Made by a program: the position numbers and the translations under genes
Notes under the pieces: generated by a model
What the model was told of the DNA's origin: nothing
Seen by the model: only the letters and a program-made list of their open reading frames with translations
The model's database searches: none
In this document: positions 34,848-43,188 of the stretch, piece after piece
How positions within the stretch are numbered: the stretch's first letter is position 1
Layout: each line of letters opens with the position of its first letter
Source: a virus
Taxonomy: Duplodnaviria; Caudoviricetes
IMG/VR virus record: IMGVR_UViG_3300037760_000081
Span: 1-47,244 of that record
Strand: one strand, 5' to 3'
DNA: 47,244 bases

Positions 34848-35896
34848 GCTATGACCTTTCAATCGCCGACACCGGCAAGTTTGCGCCCTCGGGTAAGATC
34901 AGGCCAGACAGGGTGAGTACCGGTCCGCAGGTGCCGTCCAATTCGGGCGCGGGTCCGTCCGGTGGCGGTGGCGGCCCTGGCCCCGGTGGTGGACCACCCC
35001 GGCCGGAGTCCGAAAAGGAGCTTTCGCTATCTGAGCTGGCCGCACAGTACGGCTATGCGGCTGCGTTTTTCCGGTCTGATGCCGAGCTGAAAAAGCTCAT
35101 TCAGCAGGCGGTCAAAGAGCAGTGGTCGACCGCCAAGTTCCAGGCCAAGTTCATGGCGTCCAAGTGGTACAAGAGGCATACGGCATCGGCGCGTACCTGG
35201 CTGGAGCTGGAGGCGAGAGACCCGAAGGAAGCGGGTAGCCGGATAGCCGAGCAGACCCGGGCTATTCGCGCTCAGGCAAACCAGATGGGGATTTCCCTGT
35301 CGGGCGGTAGGGCTAAGAAGATGGCCCGCGAGTCTCTGATGTTGGGTTGGTCACCGCAACTACTCACGGATGCGATTGCCGATGAGTTCAAGTACCGCCC
35401 TGGGGAGACCTCCGGCCAGGCGGCCAGTATGGAGACGTTTATCTCGTCTACTGCGGCCGACTACGGGGTGAAGGTTTCGGATTCGCGGGTGGGTAGCTGG
35501 TTGGGTCGCACGCTACGCGGCGACTTCACCGAAGAGAACATTGTGGACCTGGTGACCGACATGGCACGGACCCGGTATCCGGGGCTGGTGGAGCTGTTGG
35601 ACCAGGGGCGCACGGTTGCCGATGTGGCCGAACCTTACCGCGACAGTTATTCCAGGTTGCTGGAGGTGCCGATCTCAGCGGTGGACCTGTTTGACCCGCA
35701 TCTGCAAAAAGCATTGCAGGGCACCCGTTCAGCCACAAAGGCCGGGTCCGCTAGCGAGCCGCCACAAATGCAGAACATGTTCGACTTTGAGCGGGACCTT
35801 AGGCGTGACGCCCGTTGGCAGCGCACCCGCAACGCACGCGATTCGGTTATGAACGCGACCCATGGCGTTCTCAAGGATTGGGGCCTCTATGCCTGA
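34844..35896 (+). CDS. Putative internal virion protein
   Basis: Position; MFDFERDLRRDARWQRT motif. Confidence 0.65.
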   Translation: MSYDLSIADTGKFAPSGKIRPDRVSTGPQVPSNSGAGPSGGGGGPGPGGGPPRPESEKELSLSELAAQYGYAAAFFRSDAELKKLIQQAVKEQWSTAKFQAKFMASKWYKRHTASARTWLELEARDPKEAGSRIAEQTRAIRAQANQMGISLSGGRAKKMARESLMLGWSPQLLTDAIADEFKYRPGETSGQAASMETFISSTAADYGVKVSDSRVGSWLGRTLRGDFTEENIVDLVTDMARTRYPGLVELLDQGRTVADVAEPYRDSYSRLLEVPISAVDLFDPHLQKALQGTRSATKAGSASEPPQMQNMFDFERDLRRDARWQRTRNARDSVMNATHGVLKDWGLYA

Positions 35897-36710
35897 TGAG
35901 GGTGCCTTTGACCTTATGCGTGCCACGTTGCGTGAGTGGGGGTTGGAATCCTTGCTGCCGGATGTGCGTGAAATGTTGGAGGACGGCCGGGCGCCGGAGC
36001 AGATTTCTGTTCTACTCCAGGACACGGAGGCGTATAACCGCCGCTTCGCAGGTAACGAGCTGCGCCGCCAAAAGGGTCTGGCGGTGTTGTCGCCGCGTGA
36101 CTACCTGCAAACGGAGCTGGCGTACCGGCAGATCATGGAGTCGGCCGGGTTGCCTTCCGGTTTCTACGACTCGCCGGAGGATTTCGCCGACTGGATCGGC
36201 AACGACGTGGCGCCCTTGGAGATCAAAACCCGGGTGGATGAGGCGTTGGATGTCGCGTTCCAGTTGGACGAGCCGACCGCACAGGCTTTCCAGGACTTCT
36301 ATGGCATCAGCCGTGACGGCCTTGCGGCCTACTTTTTGGATCGGGAGCGGGGCCTCCAGGAGCTGGAGCGCACTGCCAGGGCCGGCCTGATCGGCGGGGC
36401 GGCGCGCGCTCAGGGGCTCAGTGTTGGCCGGGGGCGGGCCGAGGAGCTTGCCGGCAGCACCACGGTTGCCCGCGACGACTACCGCCGGGCTCTAGGCCAG
36501 GTGGCGGGGCTCACTGAGGACGCTGGCCGGCTGTCGGGCCTCTACGGTGGCGTGGACTACGGCCAGGACCAGGCCGAGCAAGAGGTGTTCTTTGCCGACG
36601 AGGAAGCGAGGCGGAGGCGCCGCAAGTTGATCGGCCTTGAGGAAGGCGAGTTCAGCGAAGGTTCGGGGGCTTCTCCGGCGGCTTTGGCGAGATCGCCTGG
36701 TCAGGTTTAG
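35889..36710 (+). CDS. Putative internal virion protein
   Basis: Position; YNRRFAGNELR..KGL.VLSP..YL..E motif. Confidence 0.65.
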   Translation: MPDEGAFDLMRATLREWGLESLLPDVREMLEDGRAPEQISVLLQDTEAYNRRFAGNELRRQKGLAVLSPRDYLQTELAYRQIMESAGLPSGFYDSPEDFADWIGNDVAPLEIKTRVDEALDVAFQLDEPTAQAFQDFYGISRDGLAAYFLDRERGLQELERTARAGLIGGAARAQGLSVGRGRAEELAGSTTVARDDYRRALGQVAGLTEDAGRLSGLYGGVDYGQDQAEQEVFFADEEARRRRRKLIGLEEGEFSEGSGASPAALARSPGQV

Positions 36711-36719
36711 CCCTTTAGG

Positions 36720-36791
36720 CGCGGGTAGGTGCGTCGGTCGCACACAGGGCTCATGTCCCTGCGTTAACCGGTTCGACTCCGGTACCCGCAA
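36720..36791 (+). tRNA. tRNA-Met(CAU), initiator-like
   Basis: CGCGGGT/ACCCGCA acceptor with C1:A72 mismatch, anticodon stem CAGGG-CTCATGT-CCCTG, T-arm ACCGG-TTCGACT-CCGGT; short D-loop, no encoded CCA. Confidence 0.75.
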
Positions 36792-36922
36792 CTCCGCACC
36801 CGTTTACACCGGCAACGGGATCGCGTGTATTGGACCGGGAGTCGTGGACGCCGGCTGACCTATCCCCACGGGTTGGCTGTTGGTTCACGCAAACACTTTC
36901 TCTCCAAAGGTGGGTGTTTTGT

Positions 36923-37441
36923 ATGTCTGAATGGAACCAGCCGGACGATTTCGATGACCTCGAAGAGGGCGAAGAGGGTAAGGGTAAGAACCCTGTTCGT
37001 GATCGGATGAGGAAGTTGGAAAAGGAAAACAAGGAGCTGCGGGAGACCAATGCGAAGCTGTCTAGCCAGACGCGCAAAACGTCTGTGGAGCGGCTTCTGG
37101 CCGACGCGCATGTGAAGCATGCTTCCAAGGTGGCCGGGCTTGTGCCGGGTGACGTGGAGGCGACTGCTGAGGGTGTCAAGCAGTGGCTGGACACCTACGC
37201 TGACGTGTTTTCCATCGAGACTGAGGACGACGCCGGCGAGGGGGGCGACTCCGATGGGGAGCCGACTCCGGAGCAGGTTGAACAGGCTCAGAAGATGGGC
37301 CGCATTGGCAAGGCTACGGCGTCGAACACGACGCCCACTAAGCAGGCTGATCTGGCAAAGCGTCTGGCTGATCCGAAGCTGACCCGTGAGGAACTTCTCG
37401 GGATGATCGAGGAGGCGGGCGGCGGTTTTGGTTCTGGCTGA
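36923..37441 (+). CDS. Capsid scaffolding protein
   Basis: Acidic N-terminus and coiled coil, directly upstream of the capsid gene. Confidence 0.8.
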   Translation: MSEWNQPDDFDDLEEGEEGKGKNPVRDRMRKLEKENKELRETNAKLSSQTRKTSVERLLADAHVKHASKVAGLVPGDVEATAEGVKQWLDTYADVFSIETEDDAGEGGDSDGEPTPEQVEQAQKMGRIGKATASNTTPTKQADLAKRLADPKLTREELLGMIEEAGGGFGSG

Positions 37442-37481
37442 TTCCTTAAACGAACCCACTTTAGGAGAGGGGGTGTAAACA

Positions 37482-38453
37482 ATGTCTGATGACTATACTG
37501 ACATTCTGTCTGGTACGTCTCTCGGTCTTGAGCTTGTGCAACAGGCGTTCGATCGACTGGTAGAGTACGCGCTCCGTGCGCAGCCTCAGTACCGGGCGGT
37601 TGTGGACAAGCGTCCAGCTCAGCAAGCGATGCCGGGCAGTTCGGTCGTTTTCAATATCTACGCCGATCTGGCTCCGAACACCGCAACGCTGACGGAGACC
37701 ACAGATCCCGACGCGGTGGCGATACCGTCGACCACGCCGGTAACGGTGACGTTGAATGAATATGGCATGGCGTCGCTGGTGACTCGGAAGCTGCGGCTTC
37801 TGTCGCTGTCTGACGTGGACCCGGGCATCGCGGACATCATCGCATTCAACATGCTCGATTCCGTCGATATCCTGGTGCGGGACACCGCGCTTGGCGGGAC
37901 CAATGTGGTCCGGGTGAACGGCGGCTCTGTGCTCATCAACTCGGGCACTACCGGTGCCGTTGTCAGCGGGGACATCATGGAGTCTGCGGTGGGACGGTCC
38001 ACCGTGGCTGTTCTGCGGAACTTCAAGGCCATGCCCCGTGTGGACAACCTGTACGTGGCGTACGTCAACCCGGATGTGAGCTACGATCTCCGAAGCGAGA
38101 CCGGCACGTCCAACGCGACGTGGCGGACACCGCACGAGTACAGTGCGGCCGGAAACATCTGGGGCGGCACGATCGGCGAGTACGAAGGAGTGCTCTATGT
38201 GGAGACTCCGCGTACGTTCTTCGCTGATGACGGTGGCACTTCTGAGACCGTTCACCGGTCTCTGGTGTTCGGCCGGCAGGCCATCGCCGAGGCGGTTGCC
38301 GAAGAGCCGGGCGTTCGTATTGGGCCTGTCACTGACAAGCTCATGAGGTTCCGACCCATCGGCTGGTATGGATTGCTTGGCTGGAACATCTACAGGGACG
38401 AATGTATCGTCCGCTGGGAAACCGCCAGCTCCATCAACACCACCAGCCTGTAA
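37482..38453 (+). CDS. Major capsid protein (N4-gp56-like)
   Basis: VTLNEYG, PDVSYDLR and DKLMRFRPIGWY motifs; strong RBS; followed by a terminator. Confidence 0.92.
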   Translation: MSDDYTDILSGTSLGLELVQQAFDRLVEYALRAQPQYRAVVDKRPAQQAMPGSSVVFNIYADLAPNTATLTETTDPDAVAIPSTTPVTVTLNEYGMASLVTRKLRLLSLSDVDPGIADIIAFNMLDSVDILVRDTALGGTNVVRVNGGSVLINSGTTGAVVSGDIMESAVGRSTVAVLRNFKAMPRVDNLYVAYVNPDVSYDLRSETGTSNATWRTPHEYSAAGNIWGGTIGEYEGVLYVETPRTFFADDGGTSETVHRSLVFGRQAIAEAVAEEPGVRIGPVTDKLMRFRPIGWYGLLGWNIYRDECIVRWETASSINTTSL

Positions 38454-38462
38454 CGGCAACTA

Positions 38463-38495
38463 GAGGGGAGCCCTCCGGGGCTCCCCTCGTTCTCT
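38463..38495 (+). terminator. Intrinsic terminator
   Basis: GAGGGGAGCCC/GGGCTCCCCTC stem. Confidence 0.75.
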
Positions 38496-38512
38496 CCCCA
38501 TTGGAGTAACAC

Positions 38513-38878
38513 ATGGCAGTAGGCTGGTCGACCACGGCTGCCGACGACGCGCTAGACACGCTGGTCGGCACCTACGACTTCATTCAGCTCCACACCGGAG
38601 ACCCGGGTGCCGCCGGAACCTCCAACATCGCCACCGAGAACACCCGCGTACAGGCCACGTTCGGGGCATCCTCCGGGGGTACGGTCACCACCACGGCAGA
38701 CCTCGAATGGCTGTCGGTACCAGCGGTCGAGGACTTCACACACTTTTCGGCATGGTCCCTTGTCACCGCCGGGGTGTTTGGTTTCTCCGGAACAGTAGCG
38801 GCAAACGAGGTCGGCATCGGTGACGACTTTGTTGTCCAGACCGGTGATCTGACGGTATCTGTCGACGTAGCGGCGTAA
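38513..38878 (+). CDS. Virion structural protein (decoration/tail-fibre-associated)
   Basis: IQLHTGDPGAAGT...THFSAW motif. Confidence 0.7.
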   Translation: MAVGWSTTAADDALDTLVGTYDFIQLHTGDPGAAGTSNIATENTRVQATFGASSGGTVTTTADLEWLSVPAVEDFTHFSAWSLVTAGVFGFSGTVAANEVGIGDDFVVQTGDLTVSVDVAA

Positions 38879-38881
38879 GCC

Positions 38882-40192
38882 GTGGCTGTCCGTGCGTTCG
38901 ATGGCAGCTCCCGGCTAGAGTTCGACCTAGGCAACGTCGGTGATCTGAACAAGGGCGCCTTTACCGTTGCCGCCATCGCGAAACGCACGTCGGACGGTGG
39001 CGACAACCGGACCGTGCTGTCCGCGCAGCACAGCGGTTCGTCCCGCCGTTCGTTCATGACAGCGCTAGACAACGATCTACTTCTCGTGTCGGGTGGCATC
39101 GGGGTTGAGTCGTCCGTTAATTGGGTCAGCGCCGACGACTGGTGCCTGGTCGCCATCACGAAAGCCGCCGGAGACTCGACCCCCCGGTTCCACCACTTTG
39201 AATACGACACAACCACCTGGACACACCAGGACGGTCCAAGCACACGCGAAGACGACGGCATAACCATCCTCCATATCGCCATCGGTCAGACTGACCAGGA
39301 CTTTGGCTTTATTGGCCGGATGGCGGTTGTCGGCGCCTGGGAATCCGAACTGTCAGATGGCGCCCTGGAAGCACTGACGGACGAACTGTCGGCCTGGGTG
39401 AGCGCCACCCCGGACGCCCTGTGGCCACTCAATCAGACCAGCGTTTCCACCGCTGTTACGGACATCACGGGCGGGGGGGCCGACCAGTCGGCCCGCGTTG
39501 GCACATCGGTGGCAACCGGCGATGACCCGCCGGGGTTCAATTTCAACCTGACCGAGACCGTTACCGGCACGGCGACGGCAGACCTTGGCGCCCTGACCGC
39601 CACGGCCACCGGCCAGACGGTTGTGGGCGGCGTAGCCCTGGCAGACCTGGGGGGGCTCAGCTCCACGGCCACCGGCCAACGGACTGTTCACGGCACGGCG
39701 GTTGCCGACCTCGGGTTCACGGCCACGGCCCTGGCGGTCACCCGGGGGGTTGCGGTAGCCGACCTGGGGGCGCTGGCCGGGCAGGCGACAGGCAGTCTCA
39801 CCCGCTATGGAACCGCCCTGGCCGACCTGGGGGCATTGGACGCGACCGCCAAAGGTCCGGTCACGGTTGCCGGCGTCGCGGTGGCAGCCCTGGGGGCGCT
39901 TGCCGCAACCGCAACGGGAGACCGCAGCCAGCTTCCGCGATTCTTGCTTGAGGGGCCGACGTACGTGGAGAACCTTTGGACCACGGACCGGCTGTTCTCA
40001 CGGTACAAACTGAGGCGCGGAATCACCTTGGCCATGGTTGACGGTGTTGTGTCTGAACTGCGCTACCCGTATCAGGAAGACCTGGAGGCGTACGACTTTG
40101 TATACCTGGGTGGGCATGTCCACCGGGTTTCCAGTTTTGAGGCGCAGCTATTGACGGCTGCCGGCTACGGGGCGTTTCTGACCCCGATCTAG
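38882..40192 (+). CDS. Virion fibre protein: LamG/ConA-like domain, ~21-aa ADLGAL repeats, C-terminal anchor
   Basis: WCLVAIT...IGQ...FIGRMAVVGAW; six G-A-ADLG repeats. Confidence 0.7.
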   Translation: MAVRAFDGSSRLEFDLGNVGDLNKGAFTVAAIAKRTSDGGDNRTVLSAQHSGSSRRSFMTALDNDLLLVSGGIGVESSVNWVSADDWCLVAITKAAGDSTPRFHHFEYDTTTWTHQDGPSTREDDGITILHIAIGQTDQDFGFIGRMAVVGAWESELSDGALEALTDELSAWVSATPDALWPLNQTSVSTAVTDITGGGADQSARVGTSVATGDDPPGFNFNLTETVTGTATADLGALTATATGQTVVGGVALADLGGLSSTATGQRTVHGTAVADLGFTATALAVTRGVAVADLGALAGQATGSLTRYGTALADLGALDATAKGPVTVAGVAVAALGALAATATGDRSQLPRFLLEGPTYVENLWTTDRLFSRYKLRRGITLAMVDGVVSELRYPYQEDLEAYDFVYLGGHVHRVSSFEAQLLTAAGYGAFLTPI

Positions 40193-40201
40193 GAGTTTTG
40201 G

Positions 40202-40351
40202 ATGGCTAAGAAGATGAAGGTCCCGCCGGCGGCTGCAAAGATGGCCGGCGTCAACAATCCTAAGTCGTACAAGGCGATGCCCCCTAAGGGTAAGTCGGCT
40301 GCTGCCAACAAGGGTGGCGGCCGTGCCCTCCGGGCACCGAAGAAGAGGTGA
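40202..40351 (+). CDS. Small basic protein
   Basis: RBS AGGAG; hand translation MAKKMKVPPAAAKMAG...KKR. Confidence 0.55.
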   Translation: MAKKMKVPPAAAKMAGVNNPKSYKAMPPKGKSAAANKGGGRALRAPKKR

Positions 40352-40354
40352 CCA

Positions 40355-40996
40355 ATGGCTTACTCTACTATCGCTACCAGCGTTGGCAGCAACGATGACG
40401 TTGAGCTACTTCAACCGGTGTTGGGTGCTACAACGGCCGGCGACAACGTTTTCCTGCATGTGTTCTGGGGCGATCCGAGCATCACTGTTGACGACCTAGG
40501 CCATTGGCTTCTGGTGCCCGGCACCAATGTTACCGGGCCGGAGTACAAGTCCGCTATCTACTACCGCACGCTTACCGGCATCGATGACATCGTTTTGGGT
40601 TGGGATGCGGCTTGCGATGTCGCCTGGCAGACCATTAAGTGTCGCGGCCTGGGCGCTGTGCCCACGGTGACCGCTGCTACCCGCATGAGCAATTCGGCTG
40701 CTCTCCTGCCGCGCGTGTCCGGCCTTTCCGGCACGGACCTTGTGCTCTGTTTTGCCGCCGGGGTGAGTACGGCGGGGAAGGCCGAAGTTAAGGCGACCCC
40801 GGACGTTGGGTTTATCACTTCCGAGGCAACCACTTCAATCGCCGGCACTTCCTTCACCTCGGCTGTCCCTACCCTGTGGGTTGGTCGGTTTAATGGTGCT
40901 ATTGGGGACCTGGAGACCACGTTCCCGGCTGCCGTGTATTTCGACCCACCGCCGACCCATGCGGTCGGCCACACCGTGGCGATCAGTGTCGCCTAA
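40355..40996 (+). CDS. Beta-rich virion/minor tail protein
   Basis: Position and Thr/Gly/Val-rich composition. Confidence 0.6.
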   Translation: MAYSTIATSVGSNDDVELLQPVLGATTAGDNVFLHVFWGDPSITVDDLGHWLLVPGTNVTGPEYKSAIYYRTLTGIDDIVLGWDAACDVAWQTIKCRGLGAVPTVTAATRMSNSAALLPRVSGLSGTDLVLCFAAGVSTAGKAEVKATPDVGFITSEATTSIAGTSFTSAVPTLWVGRFNGAIGDLETTFPAAVYFDPPPTHAVGHTVAISVA

Positions 40997-41277
40997 TGGG
41001 CGTTACGTGCACATGCGGAGGTGGGCATCGCACTTTTGGTGCCTGTCTCCGTGCCAAGAACTTTTCGGTCGGCTACTGCCGCTCCCATATCGACAAGAAC
41101 CCGGCCCGGCACGACTACACGTCCAACCGGTCGCATGAGCGTGAGCTGGCGCTGTACCACCAGACGCGAATGCAGGGGATCAGGCCGGGTGGAACCAACA
41201 CCGCCGCGATCCGTCACGCGCTGGACCGGTCTGACCAGCTCGGTCGGCCGTACAACGCCGCTAAGCCTTTGGAGTGA
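40996..41277 (+). CDS. Conserved late-region small protein
   Basis: HRTFGACLRAK...ELALY...QGIRPGGT. Confidence 0.7.
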   Translation: MGVTCTCGGGHRTFGACLRAKNFSVGYCRSHIDKNPARHDYTSNRSHERELALYHQTRMQGIRPGGTNTAAIRHALDRSDQLGRPYNAAKPLE

Positions 41278-41284
41278 GTGAGAC

Positions 41285-42172
41285 GTGACTGTCGAATCCC
41301 CCTTCACTTTGCGTGCGATCACAGAAGAGGCACGCGAATCGCTGCACTCGTTTGTTGGCCAGGAGCAGAAAACGTCACTGGCTGCGCCCATGACCGACAG
41401 CGAGTTGACGTTCCAGGTTGCGGGCGAAGTGCTGGTGTCTCGGGGGATGGTGGAGATTGGCGACGAGCTGGTTTATGTGGCTGCCGTCGACACAACCACC
41501 GGGACGGCCACGGTTGAGCCGTGGGGGCGGGCACAGTCGGGTAGTACCGCAGCCAGCCACGCCACGGGCGCTAAGGTGACCATGGCGCCGCTGTATCCGC
41601 TCCAAAGGCTCGCCGGTATCACTGCGGCTATCATGCGGGAGATTTTCCCAATGGTGTTCGCGGTTGACGAGACCGAACTTGACATTAATCCAGCTCGGTC
41701 GAACTACGTGCTGCCATCGGACGCCTACCAGGTCTTGTCGGTGGAGTGGAATTGGCCCGGACCTTCGGGCATGTGGGTGCCGGTGCAGCGGTGGCGGCAG
41801 AACAAGCCGGTGGCGGGCTTGGAGCTGGAGATTCTTTCGCCGGTCTGGCCGGGCGAGGGCCGGGTGCGTGCCAAGTATGCGAAGACCCCTAAGTCGTCGT
41901 GGGACTTGGACGATGACCTCAGCACGTACGGCTACGATTTCGAGATTCGGGATGTGGTTGTGCTCGGCACGGTGGCGCGTGCAATGGCCTACACCGAACC
42001 TGGCCGGATACAGGCGCAGTCTTTGGAGTCGCATGGCAGGTCTGAGGCTGTTCCGGCTGGTGCCGCCCACACTGCCGCCCGCTACTTTTTGGCCCTGTTC
42101 CGTCAGCGTCTGGACGAGGAACGGGCGCAGATCCTGCTACGGCATCCGATCCAACCGCATAGGACCCGCTGA
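41285..42172 (+). CDS. Tail tubular protein A / head-tail adaptor
   Basis: GMVEIGDELVYV...PWGRAQSGSTAASH...F..RLDEE motifs; position. Confidence 0.7.
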   Translation: MTVESPFTLRAITEEARESLHSFVGQEQKTSLAAPMTDSELTFQVAGEVLVSRGMVEIGDELVYVAAVDTTTGTATVEPWGRAQSGSTAASHATGAKVTMAPLYPLQRLAGITAAIMREIFPMVFAVDETELDINPARSNYVLPSDAYQVLSVEWNWPGPSGMWVPVQRWRQNKPVAGLELEILSPVWPGEGRVRAKYAKTPKSSWDLDDDLSTYGYDFEIRDVVVLGTVARAMAYTEPGRIQAQSLESHGRSEAVPAGAAHTAARYFLALFRQRLDEERAQILLRHPIQPHRTR

Positions 42173-43188
42173 TGGCACGTAAGTATTCTAATGTCTCCGT
42201 TGAGACCACGCTAACGTCGGGCATCGACTCGTCCCAGACATCTATTGCGATCAACGACACCGGCGGCTTGCCGGCGTCGTTTCCGTACTCGCTGATTATC
42301 GACTTCGAGGCGGCAACCGTTGAGGTTGTCACGGTCACGAACCTTTCCGGTGGCACGCTCACTGTGGTACGTGGTGAGGATGGCACTGCCGCTCAGTCTC
42401 ACGATGCCGGCGCAGAGGTGGTACACGGGGTTACCGCGCGGGACCTGTCGGAACCCCAGCAGCACATTGACGCCACGGACGAAGTGCATGGCCTGCCAAC
42501 GGGTAGTGTCATCGTGGGCACGTTGGCCACGCAGACGCTGACCAACAAGACGATTGACGCGGCGTCCAACACGTTGACGAACATTGGTGGCGACTCTTTG
42601 GCCACCACCCTTAGTGCCCCGACTGTGGATGCCACGTTCCAAAGTGTTACCCTGTCCGGTCCTGACCCTGATGTCGATGTCGCCACGGAACTTGCCGGCC
42701 TGCGCACCGATCTTGTCGACCTGGGTACTGAGGTTGACGACAACGCAACCGACATCAGCGCCCTTGAGGCCCTTTTCCCTCCGTCACAGATTGCGGAGGT
42801 CGCCACGGATTTCAACAACTTCACCAGCGCTGCCTTCACTGCCACGAGTACACCTTGCGAGATCACCTTTACGGCAAACTCGGTGGGTCGAGGTATGATC
42901 CACTACGCCGTACAGGCTGATGCCGACAACCCGGGCGAGCGTTTGCGTGCGGACATCGCCGTACACGAGGATGACATAGGTGGGGCCGTTGTGGCCACCC
43001 CCAATAGCAATGACTGCATCAACAAGTATTTCGACCCCGAGGCCCCACAGGAGGAGTCGTTCTCCTACTGGCGTCGCCTGTCTGGCCTCACCCCCGGTGG
43101 GACCTACTTTGCGCAGCTCCAATTCTTCACGGGGAGCACCACCGTTGACATCCTGAATCAGAAGATGACCTACGTCCCGGTGCCGTAA
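42172..43188 (+). CDS. Tail fibre protein
   Basis: RKYSNVS...VRGEDGTAAQSH...QTLTNKT; coiled coil and C-terminal head. Confidence 0.72.
   Translation: MARKYSNVSVETTLTSGIDSSQTSIAINDTGGLPASFPYSLIIDFEAATVEVVTVTNLSGGTLTVVRGEDGTAAQSHDAGAEVVHGVTARDLSEPQQHIDATDEVHGLPTGSVIVGTLATQTLTNKTIDAASNTLTNIGGDSLATTLSAPTVDATFQSVTLSGPDPDVDVATELAGLRTDLVDLGTEVDDNATDISALEALFPPSQIAEVATDFNNFTSAAFTATSTPCEITFTANSVGRGMIHYAVQADADNPGERLRADIAVHEDDIGGAVVATPNSNDCINKYFDPEAPQEESFSYWRRLSGLTPGGTYFAQLQFFTGSTTVDILNQKMTYVPVP

Noticed and set aside
39560-39920. DGR template/variable repeats or shufflon in the fibre gene
   Set aside because: The repeats are in-frame ~21-aa structural units, and no reverse transcriptase was seen.
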